Positions 47,783-57,282 of a stretch of DNA of 64,000 nt are shown piece after piece. The DNA comes from Pedosphaera sp. Lineage in GTDB: Bacteria; Verrucomicrobiota; Verrucomicrobiia; Limisphaerales; UBA1100. The notes under the pieces are model-generated. The model worked only from the letters and a program-made list of their open reading frames with translations. It did no database searches and was not told the DNA's origin. Within the stretch, counting starts at the first letter, position 1; each line of letters starts with the position of its first letter. The position numbers were made by a program, and so were the translations under genes. Location: positions 8,332 through 72,331 of the forward strand of contig SIAW01000002.1 of the NCBI GenBank assembly GCA_009695465.1. The letters run 5' to 3'.

Positions 47783-48244
47783 TCAAATGCCCGCTGGCAC
47801 GAGTGCGATAGAATCACCGGCGCGGATGATGCCGCCGCGCACCACTTCGGCCAGCACCCCTTGCCTGCCGTCGCGCATCAACTCGCGCAAACCCGGCGCA
47901 ATCGCATCCATCTGTTCGCACGGCGTGCGCAGCTCGCGCACCAACAATACTGATTCGCCCACTTGGATTTGTTTCCCCACCGCGTCGCGCAGGCAAATGC
48001 CCGTGGTCTCAATGTTGGAACGCACAACACCGGGTGCGATGATTCCGATGCCCAGCGCCGTCGCGTGCTCGGCGATTTGCTCGCGCTCAATCAACGTGAC
48101 TTGGCGGCGTGTCTGTCGCTCGAAGTAGCGGGTGCAACCGAGGATTCCTTTTCCCGTGACCGCCTCGATGGACGGCACAAGTTCCATCGGCAGCCGTGCC
48201 GTTTCGGGATGCAAATGCACTGAGGAGACGTTGCCGGCGCGCAT
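47783..48244 (-). CDS. MOSC domain-containing protein
   Basis: QVTLIEREQIAEH..GVVRSNIETTGI..RTPCEQMD has MOSC-like features, including the conserved Cys. Confidence 0.75.
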   Translation of the reverse strand: MRAGNVSSVHLHPETARLPMELVPSIEAVTGKGILGCTRYFERQTRRQVTLIEREQIAEHATALGIGIIAPGVVRSNIETTGICLRDAVGKQIQVGESVLLVRELRTPCEQMDAIAPGLRELMRDGRQGVLAEVVRGGIIRAGDSIALVPAGI

Positions 48245-48284
48245 GCGATTTGATTACGGCAAATCCGGCCGCGATGCAATGCCC

Positions 48285-48312
48285 TTGCCGCGGGAAGGGC
48301 CGGCCATATAAT
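48285..48312 (+). promoter_or_regulatory. candidate promoter for serS (perfect -10)
   Basis: TTGCCG (48285-48290) - 16 nt spacer - TATAAT (48307-48312). The serS ATG is at 48321. Confidence 0.4.
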
Positions 48313-48320
48313 CCGCGCGA

Positions 48321-49619
48321 ATGTTGGACATGAAGTATATCCGCCAGCAACCCGATGAAGCGCGTCGGCGGTTGCAGGCACGTGGCGAATCCGCAGAACG
48401 CATTGACGAGTTGCTGGCGCTGGACGAGCGCCGTCGCGCGTTGGTGACGGAGGAGGAAACTCTCAAGGCCCAGCGCAACGCAGCCTCGAAGGAGATTGGT
48501 GCGTTGATGAAGGCGGGCAAGCAGGCTGACGCCGAGGCGCGCAAAAATGAGGTGCGCGAGATGGGCGAGCGCATCGCGCAACTGGAACAGCAGACTCGCG
48601 ACGCTGATGCGGCCTTCGACGACGCGCTACTGCATCTGCCCAACTTGGCGCACAGCAGTGTGCCCGAAGGCAAAGACGCTGCGGACAATCCGGAAATCAA
48701 AACGCACGGCGCGAAGGTAGAATTTGGTTTCAAGCCCAAGACGCATCTGGAGCTTTGCGATGAGCTGAAGCTGGTGGATTTTGAGCGCGGCACAAAATTG
48801 GCCGGCAGCGGTTTCTTGCTCTACACCGGCTGGGGTGCGCGGCTGGAGCGTGCGCTCATCCAGTACTTGCTGGACTTGCATGTGCTGGAGCACGGCTACA
48901 CGGAGGTCTCGCCGCCGTTCATGGTGAACGCCGAGTGCATGGTGGGCGTGGGGCAGTTCCCGAAATTTCTCAATCAAGCCTACGCGGTGCAAGAAGGACT
49001 GGACACAACGACGCTGGGCAAACGTTACTTGGTGCCGACTGCCGAAGCGCCGGTGGCCAATATGCACCGCGAGGAAATCTTGCGGCAGGATGAGTTGCCC
49101 AAGAATTACTGCGCCTACAGTCCGTGTTTTCGGGCGGAGGCAGGTGCGGCGGGCTTGCAAACGCGCGGCATGATTCGCGTGCATCAGTTCGACAAGGTCG
49201 AGCTGATCAAGATTGCGCTGCCGCAGGACGGCTACGCGGAGTTGGAAAAAATGCGCGCCAACGCGGAGCGCCCGCTGCAGGAGTTGGGACTGCACTATCG
49301 CGTGGTGCTGCTCTGCACGGGTGACATGGGTTTTGCTGCGGCCAAGACGTACGACATCGAAGTCTGGGCGCCGGGGCAGGGAAGTTATTTGGAAGTGTCC
49401 AGCGTTTCAAACACCGAAGATTTTCAGGCGCGGCGCATGCGTCTGCGATACAAGACCACGGACGGCGCCAATCATCTGCCGCATATCCTCAACGGTAGCG
49501 GCGTGGCGCTCGCGCGGTTGTTCGTCTCGCTCATCGAGACGCATCAGCAGGCCGATGGCAGCATCGCTATTCCCGCGCCGCTCCAGCCTTATCTGCGCAC
49601 GGATTGCATCCGGCGATGA
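48321..49619 (+). CDS. serS: serine--tRNA ligase
   Basis: MLDMKYIRQQPDEARRRLQARG is a canonical SerRS N-terminus (MLD...). Coiled-coil arm and class II core are present. Confidence 0.95.
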   Translation: MLDMKYIRQQPDEARRRLQARGESAERIDELLALDERRRALVTEEETLKAQRNAASKEIGALMKAGKQADAEARKNEVREMGERIAQLEQQTRDADAAFDDALLHLPNLAHSSVPEGKDAADNPEIKTHGAKVEFGFKPKTHLELCDELKLVDFERGTKLAGSGFLLYTGWGARLERALIQYLLDLHVLEHGYTEVSPPFMVNAECMVGVGQFPKFLNQAYAVQEGLDTTTLGKRYLVPTAEAPVANMHREEILRQDELPKNYCAYSPCFRAEAGAAGLQTRGMIRVHQFDKVELIKIALPQDGYAELEKMRANAERPLQELGLHYRVVLLCTGDMGFAAAKTYDIEVWAPGQGSYLEVSSVSNTEDFQARRMRLRYKTTDGANHLPHILNGSGVALARLFVSLIETHQQADGSIAIPAPLQPYLRTDCIRR

Positions 49620-49635
49620 TGGCCGTTTGCCGCTC

Positions 49636-51114
49636 ATGAGAATCTTGATGGCGACGAGCGAGCTGTTCCCGTATTCCAAAACGGGCGGCTTGGCGGACAT
49701 GGTGGCGGGACTGGCAGGCGCCCTGGCGCAGAGCGGTCACGAGGTGCGCGTGGTCACGCCGCTCTATCGCGGTGTGCGCGAAAGATTCCCGGAGTTGAAG
49801 CCCTTCGATTGGCACTGTGAATTGCCGATGGGCAGCAAACGAGTTGCCGCTGGCGTCTGGACCACCACGAGTGCCGATGGGGTGCTGACGTATTTCGTGG
49901 ATGCATCAGCGTATTTTGGTCGCCCGCATTTATACCAAGAGGACGGCCACAGTTACGCCGACAATCCGGAGCGGTTCATCTTCTTCTCCAAATGCGTCAC
50001 GCATCTGGCGCGGTATCTGCCGTGGCGGCCGGATGTGGTGCACTTGCACGACTGGCAGGTGGCGATGGTGCCGCTCTTGATTCGCCACCAAGCCACGCAC
50101 GACCATTGGGTGTCACCGCCGCGTACGTGTCTGACGATCCATAATCTGGCGTATCAAGGCACGTGTCAGCGGGAACATTTCCAACTGACCAATCTGCCGC
50201 TGGAATATTTCAACGCTGACGGGCCTGAATTTTATGGCAGCTTCAATCCGCTCAAGGCGGGACTGCACTACGCCGATTGTCTGACCACTGTCAGCCCCAG
50301 TTACGCGAAGGAAATCACCACGCCAGAGATGGGCGCAGGATTGGATAGTGTGCTGCGCCAACGCGGGACGGCGCTCAGCGGCATCTTGAACGGCGTGGAC
50401 TACGCGGAATGGAACACGACGCGCAATCCGCATTTGCCGCACGCCTACTCGGCCGACAATCTTGCAGGCAAGGCCAAGAATAAAGCGGAGTTGCAAGCTG
50501 CGCTGGGGCTTCCCGTGAAACCTGATGTGCCGCTCTTTGCTTCCATCACCCGCCTGGCCGAACAGAAAGGTATGACGCTGCTGCATGATGTGCTGCAGAC
50601 TGAATTGGAGAAGCCCATCCAGTTTGTGCTATTGGGTGAAGGGGACCCCGGCATCGAAGGGCTCTGCACGCAACTGGCGCAGCAGCATCGCGACCGTGTT
50701 GCCGTGCGTATCGGCTACGACAACGCGTTGGCGCATCGGATTGAGGCGGGCGCAGATTTCTTTTTGATGCCTTCCAAGTACGAGCCGTGCGGATTGAACC
50801 AACTCTACAGCCTGCGCTACGGGACAATTCCCGTGGTGCGCGCAACGGGTGGCCTGAAGGATTCTGTTGTGGACATCGCTCAAAAACCAAAGACCGGCAC
50901 GGGCGTCAAGTTCACCGATTACACGATGGCAAATCTGGCCAAGGCCATCCAGCGGGCGCAGAGTTTGTACGCCGACAAGGCGAAGATGGCGGCAACTGTT
51001 CACCGCGCCATGAAGGCGGATTTTTCATGGCAGACGTCCGCTGGCAAATACGCAAAACGATTTGCGGCACTGGGCGCGGATCAGATTCTCGCAGCCACGG
51101 CAGTCGCCAATTGA
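49636..51114 (+). CDS. glgA: glycogen synthase (ADP-glucose type)
   Basis: Start trimmed to MRILMATSELFPYSKTGGLADMV (KTGGL motif). Confidence 0.9.
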   Translation: MRILMATSELFPYSKTGGLADMVAGLAGALAQSGHEVRVVTPLYRGVRERFPELKPFDWHCELPMGSKRVAAGVWTTTSADGVLTYFVDASAYFGRPHLYQEDGHSYADNPERFIFFSKCVTHLARYLPWRPDVVHLHDWQVAMVPLLIRHQATHDHWVSPPRTCLTIHNLAYQGTCQREHFQLTNLPLEYFNADGPEFYGSFNPLKAGLHYADCLTTVSPSYAKEITTPEMGAGLDSVLRQRGTALSGILNGVDYAEWNTTRNPHLPHAYSADNLAGKAKNKAELQAALGLPVKPDVPLFASITRLAEQKGMTLLHDVLQTELEKPIQFVLLGEGDPGIEGLCTQLAQQHRDRVAVRIGYDNALAHRIEAGADFFLMPSKYEPCGLNQLYSLRYGTIPVVRATGGLKDSVVDIAQKPKTGTGVKFTDYTMANLAKAIQRAQSLYADKAKMAATVHRAMKADFSWQTSAGKYAKRFAALGADQILAATAVAN

Positions 51115-51196
51115 CGGCTCAACGAAGCGTAATGGCACCCTGCGATCGGCCATTCCGTAATTAGATATAACAATGATTGTGCGATTGAACTGAGGA

Positions 51197-52705
51197 TCAG
51201 GTCGCGCGAGGGTCGGGGCGGATTTCGGGCAGTCTGAACACCCACCAAAGGCTGCCCAAAACCAGCGCCAGTGTGATTGCTGCGGCACACCAGTTGTCCC
51301 AGCCAAATCCGTGGGTGCCGTTGGGACGGCTGGCATCATTCAGGCACGGCCAGTAAATGAAGAACGGTTTGCCGATGATGTTGCGCTCGGGCACCTCGCC
51401 CCACGCGCGCGAATCGCTGCTGTTCATGGTGTTGTCGCCAAAGACGAGAAAGCCGCGACCGGGCATCGCCGCCCATTGCGCGGCACCAAAGACGGATTCA
51501 CCGTCTGGAAAGTAGTCGCCAGGCACCATGCCAGTGCGCTCATCGGTCGCGGAGAAGCTCGCTGGCGCACTGGCACGCGCATTGGCGTGGCCAGAAAAAC
51601 GCGATCCGCGCGGTGGCTCCTTGGGCGGATACTCGAGGCTGTAATGCGGCTGGCCGTCAACACGGCTGGCCTTGGTTTCGTGACGGAAGCTGTACAGATG
51701 CTCAAAGCGCGGCGTGGCGCTGTCGAGCGGGTCGCCGTTGATGCGGACATGGCGATCGTTGCCGATGCTGACATTCTCCGGATCGAAGGCGACGAGGCGC
51801 TTGATGTAAAATTGATTGGGCTGAACGCCGTTGGTGATGTCTTTGGTGTCAAACACCACAATCTCGCCGCGCTCCGGCCGCCGGAAATTGTAGGCGACGC
51901 GATCCACGAACAGGTGGTCGCCCGTCTTGACGACAAACTTGAAGACATCCTCGCCCGCCTGGAACTCCAGCCGGTTGGCCACCATGTTCGGCGGCTCACC
52001 AAAATCATGCCCGGGCATCCGGATGAGCGGGCTGGCGATGTCCCGGTAGCTGCCCAGTTCAGTCTGGACGCGATTGAGTTTGTACGGCGGGTTATCCAAG
52101 TAGGTGTACCACACCGTGCGCTCCACTCGCTCGCCACCGGGGATGGTCTCGAACACGACCGTTTGCGTGCCGTACATTTTGGGGAACGACGCGGGCGTGG
52201 GTTCGCCGATGGAAACCAGCCGCCAATTCCCTTCGGCCTTCAAGTGGTACCACGTCGTGCCGCGAAACCATTCCACGATGCGCCCTGCTCGGCCCGGCAC
52301 TTTGCGTGCGAGGTCGCCGTTCAGATTCTGCTGCGTGATGCCGTACAATGTCGGCTGCATCGAGCCGGTCGGAATCTTGAACGGCTGCAGAAAATACGCG
52401 CGGAACGCAATCACCACCACCATCACCACCAGCAACATCTCCACCGTGTCGCGCATGAACGCTTTTGGATACGGACGCAGATAACGGCTGGCTTCGCCAA
52501 GCTCCGCTTCGGAGGCCTGCTTCACCGCCTCTTTGGATTTCGCGCTGACAATCGCCTGACGCCAACGCGCCAAGCACTCCCGCAATTTCTGGGATTCAGC
52601 GGCGCCCAACAGATCGCGCTGCTCGCAGTAAAGTTTCCAGACCTGCCGGAAATTATCCACGCTTTGGCGGAGCGTTTTGGAGATGATCCAGCGAAGGCAC
52701 CACAT
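51197..52705 (-). CDS. lepB: signal peptidase I (unusually large, 502 aa)
   Basis: Catalytic Ser box KIPTGSMQPTL, Lys box YIKRLVA, and GDNTMNSSDSRAWG. Starts 5 nt after the lepA stop. Confidence 0.85.
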   Translation of the reverse strand: MWCLRWIISKTLRQSVDNFRQVWKLYCEQRDLLGAAESQKLRECLARWRQAIVSAKSKEAVKQASEAELGEASRYLRPYPKAFMRDTVEMLLVVMVVVIAFRAYFLQPFKIPTGSMQPTLYGITQQNLNGDLARKVPGRAGRIVEWFRGTTWYHLKAEGNWRLVSIGEPTPASFPKMYGTQTVVFETIPGGERVERTVWYTYLDNPPYKLNRVQTELGSYRDIASPLIRMPGHDFGEPPNMVANRLEFQAGEDVFKFVVKTGDHLFVDRVAYNFRRPERGEIVVFDTKDITNGVQPNQFYIKRLVAFDPENVSIGNDRHVRINGDPLDSATPRFEHLYSFRHETKASRVDGQPHYSLEYPPKEPPRGSRFSGHANARASAPASFSATDERTGMVPGDYFPDGESVFGAAQWAAMPGRGFLVFGDNTMNSSDSRAWGEVPERNIIGKPFFIYWPCLNDASRPNGTHGFGWDNWCAAAITLALVLGSLWWVFRLPEIRPDPRAT

Positions 52706-52710
52706 GGCGG

Positions 52711-54501
52711 TTAGGCTTTGAGCACCTCGATGAAGGCCTCTTGCGGGATGTTGACGCTGCCGAAAGATTTCATGCGCTCCTTACCTTTCTTCTGTTTATC
52801 CAACAGCTTGCGCTTACGCGATATGTCACCGCCATAACATTTGGCCGTCACATCCTTGCGCATGGGGGTGACCGTCTCACGCGCGACCACCTTGCCGCCG
52901 ATCGCCGCTTGGATTGCCACCTTGAATTGCTGGCGCGGCACGACTTCCTTGAGCTTGGCGGCGAGCAAACGCCCGCGCGTGGCCGCCTTGTCGAAATGCA
53001 CAATGCAGGAGAACGCATCCACCACTTCCTCGTTCACCAACATCTCCAGCTTCACCATGTTGGAGACTTGATGCCCGTCGTGCTCATAATCCATGGAGCC
53101 AAATCCGCGTGTGATGCTCTTGATGCGATCGTGGAAGTCGATGAGGATTTCATTGAGCGGCAGACGCGCTTCCAGCATCACCCGCTGCACGTCAATCGTG
53201 CTGGTGTGTTCCAGGATGCCACGCTTTTCGCCGACAAGATTCATTATGTCACCGATGTAACTATTCGGGCAGTGGATGAAGGCGCGCACCATCGGCTCCT
53301 CGATTTCCTCGATGAACGTGGTGTCGGGCAGTATCGCCGGATTATCAATCATCCGCACATCGCCATTGGTCAGCAGTACGCGATAGACGACGCTGGGATA
53401 CGTCGCGATGATGTCCATGTTGTACTCGCGACGCAGGCGTTCCTGCACAATCTCCAGATGCAGCAGCCCCAGAAAGCCGCAGCGAAAACCAAAGCCCAGT
53501 GCCGCCGAACTTTCCTGCTGGTACACAAAGGCCGAGTCGTTGAGCTGCAGTTTGGCCAAGCTGGATTGCAGATGCTGGAAGTCCGCAGGATTGATGGGAT
53601 ACAATCCGCTGAACACCATCGGATGAATTTCTTTGAACCCCTCCAGCATTGGCGCGGGATGGATGGGATCCGTCAGCGTGTCGCCCAGCTTGATCTCCTC
53701 GGGCTTTTTAATGTCGGTGATGACATAGCCCGTCTCGCCCGCTGAGAGGCGCGTACGCACGAACGGCTTGGGATTGAAGCCGCCGACCTCTTTCACCTCC
53801 ACCGTGCGATCGGCGTGCAGCATGCGGATTTGCATGCCGGGCACCATGTGGCCGGAGAACAGTCGCACCAAGATGACCACGCCGCGGTAGTTGTCAAAAT
53901 ACGAGTCGTACGCCAACGCCTGCAGGCTCGTGTGCTCCGGCAATTTGGGCGGCGGCACACGCGCGATAACGGCCTCCAAGATTTCTTCGATGCCGATGCC
54001 TTCCTTGGCGCTGCAGCAAATGGCGTTGTCCGCCGGGATGGCCAGCACTTCCTCCAATTGCCGCTTGGCCATTTCGATGTCGGCGTGCGGCAGGTCAATC
54101 TTGTTGATGATGGGGATGATTTCCAGCTTCTGTCCCATCGCCAGATGCACATTGGCGACGGTCTGCGCCTCGACCCCCTGCGCCGCGTCCACGATCAGCA
54201 AGGCGCCTTCGCACGCGCTGAGACTGCGGGAGACTTCGTAGGAAAAATCCACGTGCCCGGGAGTGTCGATGAGATTGAGCTGATAGACTTCTCCGTCCTT
54301 GGCCTTGTAGGTCATGTTGACCGGATGCGCCTTGATGGTGATGCCGCGCTCGCGCTCCAAGTCCATCGAGTCGAGCAACTGATCCTCCATGTCGCGCGAG
54401 GCCACCGTACCCGTCATGTGCAGCAGCCGATCCGACAAGGTTGTCTTGCCGTGATCAATGTGCGCAATGATGCAAAAATTTCTGATCTTCTTAGGGTCCA
54501 T
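52711..54501 (-). CDS. lepA: translation elongation factor 4 (LepA)
   Basis: Start trimmed to MDPKKIRNFCIIAHIDHGKTTLSDRLL. G-domain motifs and the LepA C-terminal domain are present. Confidence 0.95.
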   Translation of the reverse strand: MDPKKIRNFCIIAHIDHGKTTLSDRLLHMTGTVASRDMEDQLLDSMDLERERGITIKAHPVNMTYKAKDGEVYQLNLIDTPGHVDFSYEVSRSLSACEGALLIVDAAQGVEAQTVANVHLAMGQKLEIIPIINKIDLPHADIEMAKRQLEEVLAIPADNAICCSAKEGIGIEEILEAVIARVPPPKLPEHTSLQALAYDSYFDNYRGVVILVRLFSGHMVPGMQIRMLHADRTVEVKEVGGFNPKPFVRTRLSAGETGYVITDIKKPEEIKLGDTLTDPIHPAPMLEGFKEIHPMVFSGLYPINPADFQHLQSSLAKLQLNDSAFVYQQESSAALGFGFRCGFLGLLHLEIVQERLRREYNMDIIATYPSVVYRVLLTNGDVRMIDNPAILPDTTFIEEIEEPMVRAFIHCPNSYIGDIMNLVGEKRGILEHTSTIDVQRVMLEARLPLNEILIDFHDRIKSITRGFGSMDYEHDGHQVSNMVKLEMLVNEEVVDAFSCIVHFDKAATRGRLLAAKLKEVVPRQQFKVAIQAAIGGKVVARETVTPMRKDVTAKCYGGDISRKRKLLDKQKKGKERMKSFGSVNIPQEAFIEVLKA

Positions 54502-54641
54502 TTCGGGAATCAACCGCAGGAATTTACCTCTCGATGACCGCGAGAAGATAGCCGCAATTTCGCGCATGAAAAGTGCAATCTCGAAGCTCCCTGCCGACTT
54601 TTGGCTGGAAGGTCTGATTGTGCCGTGCCACATTGACCGCG

Positions 54642-55841
54642 ATGCACCCAACGAACAACAGCACGCGCCGCCTGCTGACGGGTGTTAGATTTTGCGCATG
54701 GACTGCGCCACTCCTCGCGTTGCTGCTCGCGGCATGCGACCCAGTTCCTGACAAGCCCACGCCCGCCACCTCCACTGCACCGGGCACGCAGCGCTGGGTG
54801 TTTGAGACTGGCGGCTTGGTGGATTCCTCCCCTGCCCTCGCAGCGGATGGCACGGTGTACGTGGGTTCGAACGATGGCAAAATTTATGCACTCGATGGGC
54901 AGACCGGCGCGAAAAAATGGGAGTCAGCCTTGGGCAGCGAGGTGAGTTCCTCGCCCACCGTGGGGCCTGATGGCACGGTGTACGTGGGGGCGAACAACGA
55001 TCGTCTCGTGGCGCTCGATGGCAAGACGGGCGCGAGCCGCTGGGAATATCTCACCGGCGATGACGTGAGTTCGTCCCCTGCCCTTTCGTCTTCGGGCACG
55101 CTTTACATCGGTTCGGAAGATCGGAAACTGCACGCGGTGGACGCCAGCAACGGCAGTCGCCGCTGGGTATTTCAGGCAGGCAATTTTGTGGTCGCCCCTC
55201 CCAGCATCGGGCCTGACGGCACGGTGTATGTCGGGTCGCGTGACGGCAAAGTGTGCGCAGTGGACGGAGTGACCGGCGCCAAGAAATGGGAATTTGTCAC
55301 CGGCAACTGGGTGGAAACCACGCCCGTACTGGGTGCCGACGACACGCTCTACTTGGGTTCCTTCGACAACAAGGTGTACGCCCTGCACGCTTCCAACGGC
55401 ACCAAGCGCTGGGAATTTTCCACGACCTACTGGGTCGTCTCCACGCCGGCCGTGGACGAGGACGGCACGGTGTACATCGGTTCCAATGACCGGCGCATGT
55501 ACGCGCTCGATGGTCGGACGGGCGCCAAGAAATGGGAATTCCTCACGGAAGGATTGGTGGAATCTTCCCCGACCATTGGCGATGACGGCACCCTCTATTT
55601 TGGTTCGCACGACGGCAAGGTGTACGCATTGGACAAACGCACGGGCGCACAGAAGTGGACTTTTGCCACCGGCGGGAAAATCCGTTCATCGCCCATGCTC
55701 GGAACCAACGGCCTGCTGTACATCGGCTCGCGCGACGGCAAGGTGTATGCGATCAATGTGTCCAGCAAAAGCCCCGGCAAAGGCCCCTCGCCGATGTTCG
55801 GGATCAACGCCCAGCACACACGGGTCTCTGGAAAGCTGTGA
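54642..55841 (+). CDS. PQQ-like 8-bladed beta-propeller lipoprotein (BamB-like)
   Basis: Lipobox LLAAC, followed by eight 40-41-aa repeats of the form ..SSPA.G.DGTVYVGS.DGK.YALD..TG..KWEF. Confidence 0.8.
   Translation: MHPTNNSTRRLLTGVRFCAWTAPLLALLLAACDPVPDKPTPATSTAPGTQRWVFETGGLVDSSPALAADGTVYVGSNDGKIYALDGQTGAKKWESALGSEVSSSPTVGPDGTVYVGANNDRLVALDGKTGASRWEYLTGDDVSSSPALSSSGTLYIGSEDRKLHAVDASNGSRRWVFQAGNFVVAPPSIGPDGTVYVGSRDGKVCAVDGVTGAKKWEFVTGNWVETTPVLGADDTLYLGSFDNKVYALHASNGTKRWEFSTTYWVVSTPAVDEDGTVYIGSNDRRMYALDGRTGAKKWEFLTEGLVESSPTIGDDGTLYFGSHDGKVYALDKRTGAQKWTFATGGKIRSSPMLGTNGLLYIGSRDGKVYAINVSSKSPGKGPSPMFGINAQHTRVSGKL
54795..55766 (+). repeat. eight tandem repeat units of about 120-123 bp within the coding sequence (propeller blades)
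   Basis: The core GA(T/C)GGCACGGTGTA(C/T)(G/A)T(G/C)GG...GG(C/T)GC(G/C)A(A/G)(A/G)AA(A/G)TGGGA(A/G) recurs near 54846, 54969, 55216 and 55461. The other blades are more diverged. Confidence 0.7.
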
Positions 55842-55860
55842 TGCCGGGCGTGCTGCGCGT

Positions 55861-57282
55861 TCAGCCGCGGCAAAATCGCTGCGCCAGTGCGAGCAAAGAA
55901 GTGACGGCCTGCGGTGTCGGTGCTTCCGCGTAAAGTCGCAACACCGGTTCGGTGCCCGATCCGCGCAGCATCAGCCACGAACCATCGCGCGCGATGAACT
56001 TCACGCCGTCGAAAGACTTCACCTCCGTCACGGGCGAGCGGCCCAGCTTGTCGGGCGGTTGATTTTTGCAGCGCGCCATCAGCGCGGCGCGTTGCTCGAG
56101 CGGATAGTGAACGTCCAGCCGCTCGTAATGGTGCGGGCCAAATTCCTTTTCCAACCGGCGCAGCAACACCGGTACTGACAACTTTTCGGTCGCCAACATT
56201 TCCAGCAGCATCAAGCCTGCGAGCACGCCGTCGCGTTCTGGAATGTGTCCCTTAAACCCAATCCCGCCGCTCTCCTCAAAACCAAGCAGCACATCGCCCT
56301 TCAGCATCTCCGCGCAGATGAACTTGAAACCGACGCCCGTCTCCGTCAGCGGCAGTCCCCACGCGGCGCACATCTTGTCCACCATCGAAGTGGTGGTCAG
56401 CGCTTTCACGATCCGCCCCCTGCCCTGCCGGTTCACCACGCAATGCCGCAGCAGCATGCAGATGATTTGGTGAGTCGTCAGCGGATTGCCGCGCCCGTCC
56501 AATCCGCCGATCCGATCCGCATCGCCATCGGTGACCAGGCAGAGATCGGCAGGATGCGCACGCAGGTGTTTGATGGTCGGCCCGTAATTACGTGCGATGG
56601 GTTCCGGACACAGTCCGCCAAAATTGGGGTCATGCTCAGCGTGCAGCGTCTTCACTCGGCACGTGGTGCCTTGGAGCAGTTCATCAAAACAACCTGCCCC
56701 GACACCGAACAAAGGTTCATGCACGAAGCGCAGACGCGAGCGGGCAATCAGCGGAAAATCTACCAGCCGCTTGATGTCGCGAAACCATCCCGACTTGAGA
56801 TCGCAGATGCGCAGTCGTCGGGCACGCAGCGCTGCGGCCAGCGGTAGCGACTGCACAGGTGCCGCATCGAGTCGCTGCTCGACCTCTTTGCAAATGGCAG
56901 GGTCAGCGGGACCACCAGTGTGCGCCTTGAGTTTGTAGCCATTGAACGCCGCCGGATTGTGACTGGCCGTGATCATCACGCCCCCGATGGCGCGGTGCGC
57001 ATGGACTGCGTGCGACACCGCCGGCGTGGGCACGGGACTGTCGGCCAGCCGCACATCAAATCCGTTTCCGGCAAACACCTCGGCTGCGGTTTGCGCAAAT
57101 TGATCAGAAAGAAAACGTCGGTCGTAGCCGACGATCACAAGGTTTTGCCGACCGGCGACCGGGCAATCGCGATAGAAACTGGCGGTGGCCTGCGCCACAC
57201 GCTGCACGTTGTCAAAAGTGAAATCTTCGCCGATGACCGCGCGCCAGCCATCGGTGCCAAATCGGATGGGAGTGGCGATCAC
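55861..57282 (-). CDS. phosphoglucomutase/phosphomannomutase family protein
   Basis: RFGTDGWRAVIGEDFT and the active-site loop ITASHNPAAFNGYK. Confidence 0.85.
   Translation of the reverse strand: MIATPIRFGTDGWRAVIGEDFTFDNVQRVAQATASFYRDCPVAGRQNLVIVGYDRRFLSDQFAQTAAEVFAGNGFDVRLADSPVPTPAVSHAVHAHRAIGGVMITASHNPAAFNGYKLKAHTGGPADPAICKEVEQRLDAAPVQSLPLAAALRARRLRICDLKSGWFRDIKRLVDFPLIARSRLRFVHEPLFGVGAGCFDELLQGTTCRVKTLHAEHDPNFGGLCPEPIARNYGPTIKHLRAHPADLCLVTDGDADRIGGLDGRGNPLTTHQIICMLLRHCVVNRQGRGRIVKALTTTSMVDKMCAAWGLPLTETGVGFKFICAEMLKGDVLLGFEESGGIGFKGHIPERDGVLAGLMLLEMLATEKLSVPVLLRRLEKEFGPHHYERLDVHYPLEQRAALMARCKNQPPDKLGRSPVTEVKSFDGVKFIARDGSWLMLRGSGTEPVLRLYAEAPTPQAVTSLLALAQRFCRG

Noticed and set aside
51141-51190. 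AT-rich patch (TAATTAGATATAACAATGATTGTGCGATTGAAC) between the convergent glgA and lepB genes, considered as an sRNA, insertion scar or terminator.
   Set aside because: It has only a weak 6-bp stem (AATGGC/GCCATT), no T-tract terminator, no ORF and no repeat partner elsewhere in the window. There is not enough evidence for any call.
54795-55766. Periodic DNA repeats that could be mistaken for a CRISPR-like or satellite array.
   Set aside because: The period is about 120 bp and stays in frame. The repeats encode PQQ propeller blades, there is no repeat-spacer architecture, and no cas genes are present.
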